Source: an uncultured Clostridium sp.
Lineage (GTDB): Bacteria; Bacillota; Clostridia; Clostridiales; Clostridiaceae
Length of the DNA: 64,000 nucleotides
Assembly (NCBI GenBank): GCA_964554365.1
Contig: CAZKOJ010000004.1
Location: forward strand, 469 to 64,468
Direction of reading: 5' to 3'
The position numbers were made by a program, and so were the translations under genes. This document shows, one piece after another, positions 30,461 through 40,094 of this stretch; the stretch's first letter is position 1; every line of letters begins with the position of its first letter. Under the pieces are notes generated by a model. The model was not told the origin of the DNA. It ran no database searches and was given only the letters and a program-made list of their open reading frames with translations.

Positions 30461-30611
30461 TTATTTATCCGATGTATACCACCCAAACTTTACAAAGCTA
30501 AGACTATTGTCAGCATTGCAGTTAAATTGATTTAATAAAACACATGATATATAATTATATGCATATTGGAAATTAAGATTAATTTAACTAAAAACATGTA
30601 GGAGGAAATAT

Positions 30612-31238
30612 ATGAGTGAAATTGCTAAAAGATTAAACCAATGCAGAAAACCTGAAGGAGATTTAGGCAAAATTGTTGTAAATGATATGAATGAAAGCCA
30701 TTATGAACTAACAGGATGGGGACTTGGAAATATAGATATAGAAGAGAATAGCACTATTTTAGATATAGGCTGTGGCGGTGGAAAGACTGTAAATAGGCTA
30801 GCTTCTATAACAAAGGGAAAGGTTTTTGGAATTGATTATTCCATAGATTGCGTTAATTGGTCAAAAGAATACAACAAAGAATTAATATATAAAGGGCAAG
30901 TAGAAATTTTCAATGCTAGTGTAGAAAAGATTCCTTTTGAAGATGAAAAATTTGATGTTGTGTCTGCAGTAGAAACTATTTATTTTTGGCCAGATCTTAT
31001 TTCTAACCTTGTGGAAGTAAGAAGAATTTTAAAACCAACAGGAAAAATAATCATAATAAATGAAATGTATGATGATGAAAAATTTAAAGACAGAAATGAT
31101 GAATTAGTGAAAAATAGTAATATGAAAATATACTCTCCAGAAGAATTAAAAGTGATTATGAATAATGCAGGTTATAATAATATACAAATAGAGCTAAAAG
31201 AAGAGAAAAATTGGTTATGTTGTATAGGTGAAAAATAA
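30612..31238 (+). CDS. Class I SAM-dependent methyltransferase
   Basis: ILDIGCGGG, GIDYS, IPFEDEKFDVV, RILKPTG. Confidence 0.88.
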   Translation: MSEIAKRLNQCRKPEGDLGKIVVNDMNESHYELTGWGLGNIDIEENSTILDIGCGGGKTVNRLASITKGKVFGIDYSIDCVNWSKEYNKELIYKGQVEIFNASVEKIPFEDEKFDVVSAVETIYFWPDLISNLVEVRRILKPTGKIIIINEMYDDEKFKDRNDELVKNSNMKIYSPEELKVIMNNAGYNNIQIELKEEKNWLCCIGEK

Positions 31239-31240
31239 AA

Positions 31241-31285
31241 AAAAGGTCATTAATATAGTAAATTTACTATATTAATGACCTTTTA
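31241..31285 (+). terminator. Intrinsic terminator
   Basis: AAAAGGTCATTAATATAGTAA / TTACTATATTAATGACCTTTT perfect inverted repeat. Confidence 0.75.
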
Positions 31286-31324
31286 ACTGTATAAATAAAA
31301 AAGTTGAAATATTCACTTATTCAC

Positions 31325-31379
31325 TTGACAATTATTGTTTACAATTGTAGACTGTAATTGTAGATCTACAATTGTAAAC
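31325..31379 (+). promoter_or_regulatory. Sigma-A promoter with two BlaI/MecI/CopY boxes
   Basis: TTGACA(31325)-17 bp-TAGACT(31348); TACAatTGTA at 31340 and 31367. Confidence 0.85.
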
Positions 31380-31399
31380 TTAAAATGGAGGAATAAACT

Positions 31400-31786
31400 A
31401 TGAAAGATATGCCAAAAATCTCAGCAGCTGAGTGGGAAGTAATGAAACTTCTTTGGAAGAATAATCCTTTAACATCTGAAAAAATAATTAATTCGCTAAC
31501 AAATAAAATGGATTGGTCAACACAAACTGTAAAAACATTTATAACTAGACTTTTGAAAAAAGAAGCAGTAGGATTTGACAAAATAGGTAGAACCTATAAT
31601 TATTATCCATTAATATCTGAGAATGAATGTATAAAAGCTGAAAATGAATCTTTTCTTCAAAAGGTATACGATGGAGCTGTAGGTATGCTTTTTACAAAAT
31701 TTTTAGAGGAAGAGTCTTTGTCTGAAAAAGAAATTGAAGAGTTAGAACAACTTCTTAAAAATAAGAAAGAAGGAAAGCAAAGTTAG
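31400..31786 (+). CDS. BlaI/MecI/CopY family repressor
   Basis: ISAAEWEVMKLLW...WSTQTVKTFITRLLKK...YYPLI. Confidence 0.92.
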   Translation: MKDMPKISAAEWEVMKLLWKNNPLTSEKIINSLTNKMDWSTQTVKTFITRLLKKEAVGFDKIGRTYNYYPLISENECIKAENESFLQKVYDGAVGMLFTKFLEEESLSEKEIEELEQLLKNKKEGKQS

Positions 31787-31820
31787 GTTTTTATAGTTAA
31801 AAAACAGGGGGATATTAAAC

Positions 31821-34070
31821 ATGGATATCTTAGTTAAAACTTTTTTATGGGTTCTACACGCTTCATTAACAACAAGTATTGCAGCGATATTAGTAATTTT
31901 AACTTTAAAATTATTTAATAATCATATTGGAGTAAGGCTTCAGCATGCTTTGCTTATTATAATTATAATAAGGCTTATAATACCTGTAAATATTCAAAGC
32001 AACATAAGTTTGTTTAATATTTTATTCGGAAAATATGAAAATAAAATATTAAACGTTAAAAGTAACACTAATCTTGCTTATGACTTTCTAAGAGAAGGAA
32101 AAGTTTACTTGAATGATAAACAAAAATATCAAACAGTATCTGAGACCACATCTTTAGAAAAAACAAGTCATAATGAAGAAAAAGTAAAAAAAGAAAATAT
32201 ACTTCCTTATGTTTTGAATATAGCTTCTTGCATATGGATAGCTGGATTTTTTATTACAACTCTCTTTTTTTTATTGGTTATATGGAGATTTAAAAGAAAA
32301 ACCTTGAATTTAAAGGAGCTTACGGATTTAAAGGTTACAGCTTTACTGGAAGAATGTAAAAAGAAAGCTAATATAAATAGAAATATTCCTATTTATGCTT
32401 GTGATAGTTTTAAAAGTCCATGTATATTTGGAATTTTAAAACCCAAGGTTTATATTCCTAAATATGCATGCATTACAAAGAATTATAAACAGCTCTCACA
32501 GATACTTTTACATGAGCTGATACATTATAAAAGAAAAGATTTGTTTTATAACTTTCTTGGGACCATTGCTCTTTTGATACATTGGTTTAATCCCATAGTA
32601 TGGTTTTCAATAAAGAGAATGAAACTCCAAAGAGAGTATGCTTGTGATGCTTATGTACTTGAAATTTTAGGAGAAGAAGAAGCTATAGAATATGGTATGA
32701 ATCTTATTAATTTTTCAAAATTGTTTTCAAAAAATTGTAAAGCTCCACACCTAGCAATTTTTTTTGAAACAAAAAACCAAATTAGAAGGAGAATAGAAAT
32801 GATAAAAAAGTTTAAAAAAGGATCTTATAGAATGTCAGCAGCAGCAGTTATATGCTGTGTACTAGCTGGAGGTGTTGTGTTTACAAATGGTGTAACTGCT
32901 AAAGGTATGAAATCTGATACAGCTGTTGCAGCGATTAAGAGTAATGACTCAGTAAAAAAAGAAAATAGTAAATTTCTAATTGATGCACCAACTAAAAGCT
33001 ATGATAATATAAAAAAAGCAGGAGAAATTGCAGGACTTAAATTCAAGGTGCCTGATTCACTTCCAGTGGATTATGTAGTAAGTGATAGTTTTCAGGTTTC
33101 TAAAATCTCTGACAAAGACAATGCCTTAAAAATATCTTTTGACAAAAAAAAAGGTGGAAAAATTACCAATAGATTCGTCTTTCACGTTTCTAAAGAAAGT
33201 ATGGAAGAATTTTTAAAGAAGAATGCAGAGAATAAAAAGAACCAGAATGTACAAATAGATAATACAGGAAACGATGGAAAAGTTGAATTTAGCAAAGAAG
33301 TAATAAATTTGGCAGGAATAAAGGGATCTAATATCACTATAAAAAGTACATTGCCTGGAAATTATCAAGAAATAAGCAAATTTTTTGTATGGCAAAATGA
33401 AGGAATGTGGTATAGCATAGAATATAATCAAGGATTTGAAGGAAGCAAAAATTCTAAAAAATTCATGGATCTTTCTATAGATGATGTAGGAAAAGTTGCA
33501 TCCTCAATAAAATATGTTGAAGATATAAAAAATGTAAATTATTCTGTAAAAAAAGAAGTCTCAACGGAAATTGCTACATTTACAATTTATGATAAGGAAG
33601 ATTTAAAAAGGGCTAAAGAGCTTTTAGGATTTGATCCTAAACTACCATTAAATATTAATAAGGATATAACTATAAGAGGTTCAGCAGTAGGAATTTCAGG
33701 AAATTCTGATATTGAAAATAAAAGAATTAATTATGAACTGGATACATTTTACGACCTAAAAAAAGGTTCATTAACATTTTGGCAAGGAAAAACCTCAAAA
33801 ACTTATGATGATATAAAGAAAAATGGATATGTTGAAGTTGAAAACGGATCTGATAAAAGAAAACAGCTAAAAGTTCAGACATTAAAAATTAATGATAAGG
33901 AAGTTTTTAAATACGAGGACTCTTTTGAATCTGAAATAAATAAACAAGCAAAATTAGAACAGTATGTTTGGAAAGAAAATGGATTTTATTGTAGAATTTC
34001 AATATTTGCAGAAGTTGAAAATCCAGATGAAATAGCTAAAGAATTTGTTAATTCAAAGCCAATAGACTAA
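31821..34070 (+). CDS. M56 (BlaR1-type) membrane metalloprotease/signal transducer with two tandem DUF4367-like extracellular domains
   Basis: SPCIFGILKP, LHELIH, HWFNP, REYACD; C-terminal repeats (KKAGEIAGLKFKVPDSLP...FVWQNEG / KRAKELLGFDPKLP...YVWKENG); no recognisable penicillin-binding domain. Confidence 0.85.
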   Translation: MDILVKTFLWVLHASLTTSIAAILVILTLKLFNNHIGVRLQHALLIIIIIRLIIPVNIQSNISLFNILFGKYENKILNVKSNTNLAYDFLREGKVYLNDKQKYQTVSETTSLEKTSHNEEKVKKENILPYVLNIASCIWIAGFFITTLFFLLVIWRFKRKTLNLKELTDLKVTALLEECKKKANINRNIPIYACDSFKSPCIFGILKPKVYIPKYACITKNYKQLSQILLHELIHYKRKDLFYNFLGTIALLIHWFNPIVWFSIKRMKLQREYACDAYVLEILGEEEAIEYGMNLINFSKLFSKNCKAPHLAIFFETKNQIRRRIEMIKKFKKGSYRMSAAAVICCVLAGGVVFTNGVTAKGMKSDTAVAAIKSNDSVKKENSKFLIDAPTKSYDNIKKAGEIAGLKFKVPDSLPVDYVVSDSFQVSKISDKDNALKISFDKKKGGKITNRFVFHVSKESMEEFLKKNAENKKNQNVQIDNTGNDGKVEFSKEVINLAGIKGSNITIKSTLPGNYQEISKFFVWQNEGMWYSIEYNQGFEGSKNSKKFMDLSIDDVGKVASSIKYVEDIKNVNYSVKKEVSTEIATFTIYDKEDLKRAKELLGFDPKLPLNINKDITIRGSAVGISGNSDIENKRINYELDTFYDLKKGSLTFWQGKTSKTYDDIKKNGYVEVENGSDKRKQLKVQTLKINDKEVFKYEDSFESEINKQAKLEQYVWKENGFYCRISIFAEVENPDEIAKEFVNSKPID

Positions 34071-34087
34071 ATTTAATTATATATTGA

Positions 34088-34131
34088 AAGTAACAAGATT
34101 GCATAGTTAATAGTAGGCAATCTTGTTACTT
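34088..34131. terminator. Hairpin between convergent genes
   Basis: AAGTAACAAGATTGC / GCAATCTTGTTACTT. Confidence 0.7.
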
Positions 34132-34148
34132 GATTAGCATAGTTTTCA

Positions 34149-34880
34149 TTACATCTTTACAACAAGACGTGTAACAACAGTAGCAAAAGTATCTTTATCC
34201 CATTGTAAAATGGACTCTACACCACCTAAGCTATCTGCATTATAAATACCTATAATTCTTTGGTGTGTAAGAAGTTGAAAAATATTAGAACCATCTAAGC
34301 TCAAAGGCGACAGATTTCCAATACCTAATACCCCACCAGTTATAGATTCTTTAAGTTTTCCATTTGGATAATAGAGTTTGGATAAATATTCTTTATCCCT
34401 TATAGCTGTAAGATCTATTAAGCCTTCTAGGTTGCTGTTTTCAGATTTAATTCTAACCTTATAATAATCTTCGTACACTGCACTATATACATTATTTTCA
34501 TTGAATTTTTCATAGTCAAAAAGAAGCTTTGTTACATTATTTTTAAAGGAATAAATATAATTGAAGTAATACCCTCCGCTGCCTCCTGAATTTATGGATA
34601 AAAGTACTTGGGGTATCTTATCTTCTTGGAATCTTCCTATAAACAAGGTTGGAGCATATCCACCATTATCTTTTGGTGTCACTTTTATATTTACCCCTGT
34701 TTTTTCATTTTGTACAGTAAGAATTATATCTTCAATAAAACCATTTTCACCGTAAGGCTTTTTGCCTGTAAGTATTAAAGTTTCATCTAGTCCATCACCA
34801 TTCACATCTGCAAATTTAGAGTCAAGAATATAAATTTTATCTTTTGTAGTATTTAACTCAATTGGTATTCTAAAAAACAT
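34149..34880 (-). CDS. Clostridial VCBS/FG-GAP-like repeat protein; paralog of 4757-5434
   Basis: ADVNGDGLDE, GYAPTLFIG, SGGSGGYYFNYIYSFKNN, QRIIG; start ATG 34880 after GGAGG. Confidence 0.6.
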   Translation of the reverse strand: MFFRIPIELNTTKDKIYILDSKFADVNGDGLDETLILTGKKPYGENGFIEDIILTVQNEKTGVNIKVTPKDNGGYAPTLFIGRFQEDKIPQVLLSINSGGSGGYYFNYIYSFKNNVTKLLFDYEKFNENNVYSAVYEDYYKVRIKSENSNLEGLIDLTAIRDKEYLSKLYYPNGKLKESITGGVLGIGNLSPLSLDGSNIFQLLTHQRIIGIYNADSLGGVESILQWDKDTFATVVTRLVVKM

Positions 34881-35151
34881 ATAAACTTCCTCCATTATTA
34901 CTGTTGTATTAGTATACTATAGTCAATTAAAAAATGTACATAAAATAAATATACAGAAAATAGTTTTTTGAATACTAAAACAGGACTATATGACTTATCA
35001 AATGTGCCATAAGATAGTTTAAAATTGAATATAACAGAATAAGAAAAACAAATACATATATGGGTATAAATAGGTAAAACCTATTTAACAATTGAAATAA
35101 CTTCTAGTAGAATGAAGGTGAAAGATTAAAAAAATAACAAGGAGGAGAATC

Positions 35152-36240
35152 ATGAAAGATAAAATGGGGATTATAGGTGCCGGTGCTTTAGTTGGCATAC
35201 TTTCAGTATTACTAGTTAAGCTGGGGAACCCAGGAAATATGGGAGTGTGTATTGCTTGTTTCATAAGGGACACAGCAGGTGCTCTTGGGTTACACAGAGC
35301 TGAAATAGTACAATACATTAGACCAGAAGTTATAGGAATCATATTAGGAGCATTTTTTATTTCCTTAGGTAAAAAAGAATTTGATGTAAGGGGAGGATCG
35401 TCACCCTTTATAAGATTTGTATTAGGATTTATTTTAATAGTAGGGGCATTAATGTTTTTAGGATGTCCTCTTAGAATGATATTAAGACTAGGTGGAGGAG
35501 ATTTAAATGCTGTAGTAGGTTTGGTAGGATTTGCTGTAGGAATAGGAGTAGGTATACTGTTCTTAAATAAAGGGTTTAGTTTAAAGAGAAATTATAAGCT
35601 TTCTAAATTTGAAGGATACATTTTTCCAGTTATAAATGTTGTTTTATTGGTATTATTAATTTCTGCACCAGCTTTTATATTCTTTAGCAAAAAGGGACCA
35701 GGAGCAGCCCACGCACCTGTTACCATTGCATTAATTGTAGGGTTAATAGTTGGTATTATTGCTCAAAGAACAAGATTATGTATGGTGGGCGGAATTAGAG
35801 ATTTAATAATGTTTAAGGATAGTTATTTAATTTCAGGATTCATTTCTATTTTTGTATTTGCTACCATAGGAAATTTAATCTTTGGTTCTTATAAATTAGG
35901 ATTTATCGGACAACCTACAGCTCATGCTGATGGAGTGTGGAATTTTTTAGGCATGGTATTAGCGGGATGGTCTTCAGTATTATTAGGAGGATGCCCATTA
36001 AGACAACTAGTTTTATCCGCAGAGGGAAATATTGATTCAGTAATGGCTATTTTAGGAATGTTTGTAGGAGCTGCATTTTGCCATAATTTTAGTTTAGCTT
36101 CTAGCGCAAAGGGACCTACTTTAAATGGTATGACTGCAGTTATTATTGGTTTTGTAGTGGTACTTATTGTTTCATATTTCAATATGGAAAAAAACACAAG
36201 CGTGTCAATGAAAGGAGAAGTTAAGAATGAAACAGTTTGA
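35152..36240 (+). CDS. yedE: YedE family putative selenium/sulfur-compound transporter
   Basis: GNPGNMGVCIACFIRD, FLGCPLR, RTRLCMVGG, LGGCPLRQ conserved Cys motifs; multiple TM. Confidence 0.85.
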   Translation: MKDKMGIIGAGALVGILSVLLVKLGNPGNMGVCIACFIRDTAGALGLHRAEIVQYIRPEVIGIILGAFFISLGKKEFDVRGGSSPFIRFVLGFILIVGALMFLGCPLRMILRLGGGDLNAVVGLVGFAVGIGVGILFLNKGFSLKRNYKLSKFEGYIFPVINVVLLVLLISAPAFIFFSKKGPGAAHAPVTIALIVGLIVGIIAQRTRLCMVGGIRDLIMFKDSYLISGFISIFVFATIGNLIFGSYKLGFIGQPTAHADGVWNFLGMVLAGWSSVLLGGCPLRQLVLSAEGNIDSVMAILGMFVGAAFCHNFSLASSAKGPTLNGMTAVIIGFVVVLIVSYFNMEKNTSVSMKGEVKNETV

Positions 36241-36433
36241 TGCAAGGGGGTTATCGTGTCCTCAGCCAGTATTAAAAGCAAAAATGGCTCTTAAAGAAAA
36301 TCCAGATGGGATACAAATAATTGTAGATAATAATACTGCTAGAAATAATGTAGATAGATTTATGAAAAATTCAGGATATAAAGTTGAAGTTGAAGAAAAG
36401 GATGGAGATTTTATATTGACTGCGAGGAAATAA
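36227..36433 (+). CDS. TusA/SirA (YedF-like) sulfur/selenium carrier
   Basis: DARGLSCPQPV (CPxP) motif. Confidence 0.88.
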   Translation: MKQFDARGLSCPQPVLKAKMALKENPDGIQIIVDNNTARNNVDRFMKNSGYKVEVEEKDGDFILTARK

Positions 36434-36435
36434 AC

Positions 36436-36675
36436 ATGAAAGAATATATTGCTTTATTTTTTACTCATTTTGGGGCAGTTAAATTTGATAGATTTATTAA
36501 AAGTAAGGAAATAAAATCTGTTTTAATGCCTGCACCAAGAAAACTTAGTTCAAGTTGTGGTGTAGGAGTAAAATTTCAAATTGATGGAAATTTAAATCAT
36601 ATTATTATAGATGAAATTGAAAGTTTATATGAAATTCAAGGAAATGATTATAAAAAAATATATGTTTCAGAATAA
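36436..36675 (+). CDS. DUF3343 family putative Se/S carrier-like protein
   Basis: FFTHFGA...MPAPRKLSSSCG motif. Confidence 0.8.
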   Translation: MKEYIALFFTHFGAVKFDRFIKSKEIKSVLMPAPRKLSSSCGVGVKFQIDGNLNHIIIDEIESLYEIQGNDYKKIYVSE

Positions 36676-36702
36676 TATATGGAAGTTAATATTATAAATA
36701 AT

Positions 36703-36772
36703 TAAGGCTGGAACTCAATGTGAACTTATTCTTTTTCGTATAGGATAAGTATATCATGGAGCAGCCTTTTTT
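36703..36772 (+). terminator. Terminator of the yedE operon
   Basis: AAGGCTG...ACTTATTCT / AGGATAAGT...CAGCCTT followed by TTTT. Confidence 0.6.
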
Positions 36773-36933
36773 GGCTCTTAATTGAAAGTGGAGGTGATTT
36801 TTTAAAATTCAAGTAGGTTTCCTATAAATAACTCCTAATAAAAGTATTAATTTGTATTATATTGCAATGAAAATTCCCATGAATTGAAAAATTTACTACA
36901 GTAAAAGTAATCTTCTTATTATTGAAATCTCAA

Positions 36934-36951
36934 TTTGAATAAATATACATA
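36934..36951 (+). promoter_or_regulatory. ARG box (ArgR/AhrC site)
   Basis: TTTGAATAAATATACATA fits TNTGAAT-W4-ATTCA with one mismatch. Confidence 0.55.
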
Positions 36952-37046
36952 AAAATAAATTTTTAGTAATTTTGTAATAATTTATTGAAAGGTGTCATAA
37001 AATTGTATAATATTATAACTAACATCAATTTAGGGGGAGATAAAAA

Positions 37047-38555
37047 ATGAGTAAAAAGAAAAGAAACTTTCCTACCGCGTTTACTGTGCTATTTATAGTT
37101 CTAATTCTTGCAGCTGTACTTACCTATGTGGTACCAGCAGGGTCCTATGCAAAATTAAAGTATGACAATGGAAAGAACGTTTTCACTGTAACAAAACCAG
37201 ATGCATCTGTAAAGGAATTACCAGGAACACAAGAGACACTAAATGGACTAAAAATCAAAGTAGACATACAAAAATTTAAGGATGGAGGTATTAGCAAACC
37301 AGTAGCAATTCCAGGCACCTATGAGAAGGTAAAACAAAATCCTCAAGGCATAGTTAATATAATTCAAGCTCCTATAAAAGGAGTATATGATACTATTGAG
37401 ATTATCATGTTTGTATTCATAATTGGTGGATGTATTGGTATATTAAATAGCAGTGGAGCTTTTGATGCAGGTATTGCCAGTCTTTCACGTATTACTAAGG
37501 GAAAAGAATTTCTTTTAATTATTGTAGTTACAATATTGATTTCTATAGGAGGAACCACTTTTGGATTAGCAGAAGAAACCATTGCCCTTTATCCAATACT
37601 TGTTCCAGTATTTATGGCAGCAGGTTATGATGCCATAGTATGTATTGCTGCACTTTATATGGGATCGGCTATTGGTACAATGTTTTCCACTGTAAATCCA
37701 TTTTCATCAGTTATTGGTTCAAATGCAGCAGGAATAACATTTACACAAGGGTTAGGAATGAGGACTGTAGGTTTAGTAATTGCAACAACAATAACTATTA
37801 TTTATATTATGAAATATGGTAAAAAAATAAAAAATGATCCAACTAAATCTTTAATATACAGTCAAAAAGAAGAAATTGAAGAAAGATTTTTAAAAGATTA
37901 TAAAAATAAAAAAGTGCCGGAATTTACCTTTAGGCGCAAATTAATGTTAATTATATTTGCGTCAACTTTTGCTGTAATGATTTGGGGAGTTTCCACTCAA
38001 GAATGGTGGTTCACTGAAATGACTACACTATTTTTAGTTGTAGGCATAGGGCTTGGTGTAATTTCAGGAATTGGAGAAAAAGAATTTGTTAACAGATTTA
38101 TTATGGGAGCCTCTGATTTAGTTGGTGTTGCATTAGTTATTGGAGTGGCAAGATCAATTAATTTGGTTATGGAAAATGGGATAATTTCTGATTCAATTCT
38201 TAATATGGCATCAGGAATAGTTCAAGGAATGAATTCAAAAGTATTTATAATTGTAATGCTTTTATTATTTATACTCCTTGGATTCTTTATTCCATCATCT
38301 TCAGGACTTGCAGTATTGTCAATCCCAATTATAGCACCACTTGCGGACACTGTAGGATTACCAAGAGATATAATAGTAAGTTCATATCAATATGGACAAG
38401 GGCTAATAGCATTTATTACTCCAACAGGACTTATTTTAGCAACGCTAGCAATGGTAAATGTAACTTATGATAAATGGTTAAAATTCATAATGCCATTAAT
38501 GGGTTACATTGGGGTTTTTTCAGTTGCTATGTTATTAATTCAAACAGTGCTTTAG
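37047..38555 (+). CDS. YfcC family transporter (DcuC-like; probable basic amino acid antiporter)
   Basis: FPTAFTVL, GGTTFGLAEETIALYP, STVNPFS, IPSSSGLAVL, ITPTG. Confidence 0.85.
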   Translation: MSKKKRNFPTAFTVLFIVLILAAVLTYVVPAGSYAKLKYDNGKNVFTVTKPDASVKELPGTQETLNGLKIKVDIQKFKDGGISKPVAIPGTYEKVKQNPQGIVNIIQAPIKGVYDTIEIIMFVFIIGGCIGILNSSGAFDAGIASLSRITKGKEFLLIIVVTILISIGGTTFGLAEETIALYPILVPVFMAAGYDAIVCIAALYMGSAIGTMFSTVNPFSSVIGSNAAGITFTQGLGMRTVGLVIATTITIIYIMKYGKKIKNDPTKSLIYSQKEEIEERFLKDYKNKKVPEFTFRRKLMLIIFASTFAVMIWGVSTQEWWFTEMTTLFLVVGIGLGVISGIGEKEFVNRFIMGASDLVGVALVIGVARSINLVMENGIISDSILNMASGIVQGMNSKVFIIVMLLLFILLGFFIPSSSGLAVLSIPIIAPLADTVGLPRDIIVSSYQYGQGLIAFITPTGLILATLAMVNVTYDKWLKFIMPLMGYIGVFSVAMLLIQTVL

Positions 38556-38748
38556 TTGTGGAAGAATTAAAACTGGTGGTATTTAGCAGCTATCAGTTTT
38601 AATAAATGTTTTTTATTTAAGAATTTGCAAAGTATTTAAATCTATTTTAATTGTGTGATTGATTTTTAAGAATTTCATTAGAAATATCTTTTGAATTTAG
38701 TTTAGATAAAATTGGTGATATATAATAGTTTTATTCTTATCACTAGAA

Positions 38749-38871
38749 TCAAATTGATACTTTTGAAATTTGTTTACCATTTTCTGAAGCATGTGCATTT
38801 ATCATAACTAAAGTAGAAGATAAAAATGCACCACATAGAACAGGAACTAAAAGTTTAATACGTTTACTCAT
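38749..38871 (-). CDS. Unannotated 40-aa ORF: signal peptide plus 12-aa tail (peptide precursor or truncated secreted protein)
   Basis: MSKRIKLLVPVLCGAFLSSTLVMINAHA/SENGKQISKVSI*; AAAGGA RBS; A-H-A signal peptidase I site. Confidence 0.55.
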   Translation of the reverse strand: MSKRIKLLVPVLCGAFLSSTLVMINAHASENGKQISKVSI

Positions 38872-38937
38872 AATATCATTTCCTTTCTTGTAAAGATATG
38901 TGATTATAAACTGTAATATAATATTAACATTTTATGT

Positions 38938-39006
38938 ATGAACAGAGTTATTGACTTCATTGGAATTTTTACTCCTACTTTGAAGAAGAAGGGAGTATTA
39001 GATAAA
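38938..39006 (+). repeat. Structured dispersed repeat, internally deleted copy D
   Basis: Keeps the left end (AACAGAGTTATTGACTTCA), the inner hairpin (ACTCCTACTTTGAAGAAGAAGGGAGTATTAG) and the right end GATAAA. Confidence 0.6.
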
Positions 39007-39191
39007 AAGCTTATATAGTATAACAGAGGTAAGGATATCTTTATAGATAGAGTATGTTGCATTTCAGATAAGAAATCATAGATCTGAATAGCTTTAGAAC
39101 TATCCCCTTTTTATTTGAACGAAATTGTATAATAATAGAAGATAAGGTATAATAATAAAAAATAAGAAATATAAGCAAAGGAGGTAAAAAA

Positions 39192-39686
39192 ATGATTACA
39201 GAAAACGAACAAAAAGTATATGAGACATTAGAAAAATTGAACATATCATATACTAGATATGAACATGAACCAGTTTATACTATTGAAGAGCTTGATAAAC
39301 AAAATATTGATTTTCAAGGAAAACATTGTAAAAATCTTTTTGTCCGTAATAAAAAAGGCAATGTACACTATATTATTGTAGTGGAAGAGTCAAAAAAAGT
39401 AGACTTAAAGAAACTAGCTGAACAAATAGGAAGTACGACTTTAAGCTTTGCTTCAGAGGAAAGATTACACAAACATTTAGGTCTAAAACCAGGTGCAGTT
39501 AGCCCTATGGGATTGATTAATAACAGTGATAAAAATGTAAACGTTGTAATAGATAAGGATTTAACCAAATTAGATAAAATAGGTATTCACCCTAATGTAA
39601 ACACAGCAACTATTACTTTATCCTATAAAGACCTAGAGAAGTTTCTTAGTTGGTGTGAGAATGAAGTTAAACATATAAAAATTTAG
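39192..39686 (+). CDS. Prolyl-tRNA editing protein (ProX/PrdX, YbaK superfamily)
   Basis: HEPVYTIEE, HCKNLF, LSFAS, PGAVSPMGLINN, HPNVNTAT. Confidence 0.88.
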   Translation: MITENEQKVYETLEKLNISYTRYEHEPVYTIEELDKQNIDFQGKHCKNLFVRNKKGNVHYIIVVEESKKVDLKKLAEQIGSTTLSFASEERLHKHLGLKPGAVSPMGLINNSDKNVNVVIDKDLTKLDKIGIHPNVNTATITLSYKDLEKFLSWCENEVKHIKI

Positions 39687-39690
39687 TGCA

Positions 39691-39737
39691 TAACACAAAA
39701 TAGATTAGAATACTGACTAGTTATTTTCTTGAAGATG
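39691..39737 (+). repeat. Short dispersed repeat, copy 1 of 2
   Basis: TAACACAAAATAGATTAGAATACTGACTAGTTATTTTCTTGAAGATG, near-identical to 58259-58304. Confidence 0.75.
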
Positions 39738-40094
39738 ATTAACTCCTACTTTTACAAGTGGGAGTTAAATTTTTTTACCCAAAAATATTAAGTGCATCTA
39801 TTTAACTGTGTATGCCTTTATCTTACCCATACAACTTACTTTTTTAACAATAGCTATTAATTTATATTATTTTTACAAATGCGGCAGGAAATTTAAAAGA
39901 AATAGAGCATTTTCATGTAATATCAGTATTTTATTAGCAATATTAATGTTTTACAATATTGGTTAATTTATATAGTGTAACAAAAATATGTTAATATGGG
40001 AGTGCATTACATTTTATAATAAAAATTAAAAATATAGTATAAAAATTAATGCATAAACAAATTTATAATCAAAGTGATTATAGGGGGATAAGAG

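Noticed and set aside
36238-36240. Selenocysteine read-through at the yedE TGA
   Set aside because: The TGA follows a complete protein, overlaps the start of the next gene and is not at a conserved Cys position.
39990-40015. CcpA cre site or sigma-54 promoter upstream of the MCP-GRE unit
   Set aside because: ATGGGAGTGCATTACAT lacks the central CG and correct length, and no GG-N10-GC sigma-54 motif was evident.
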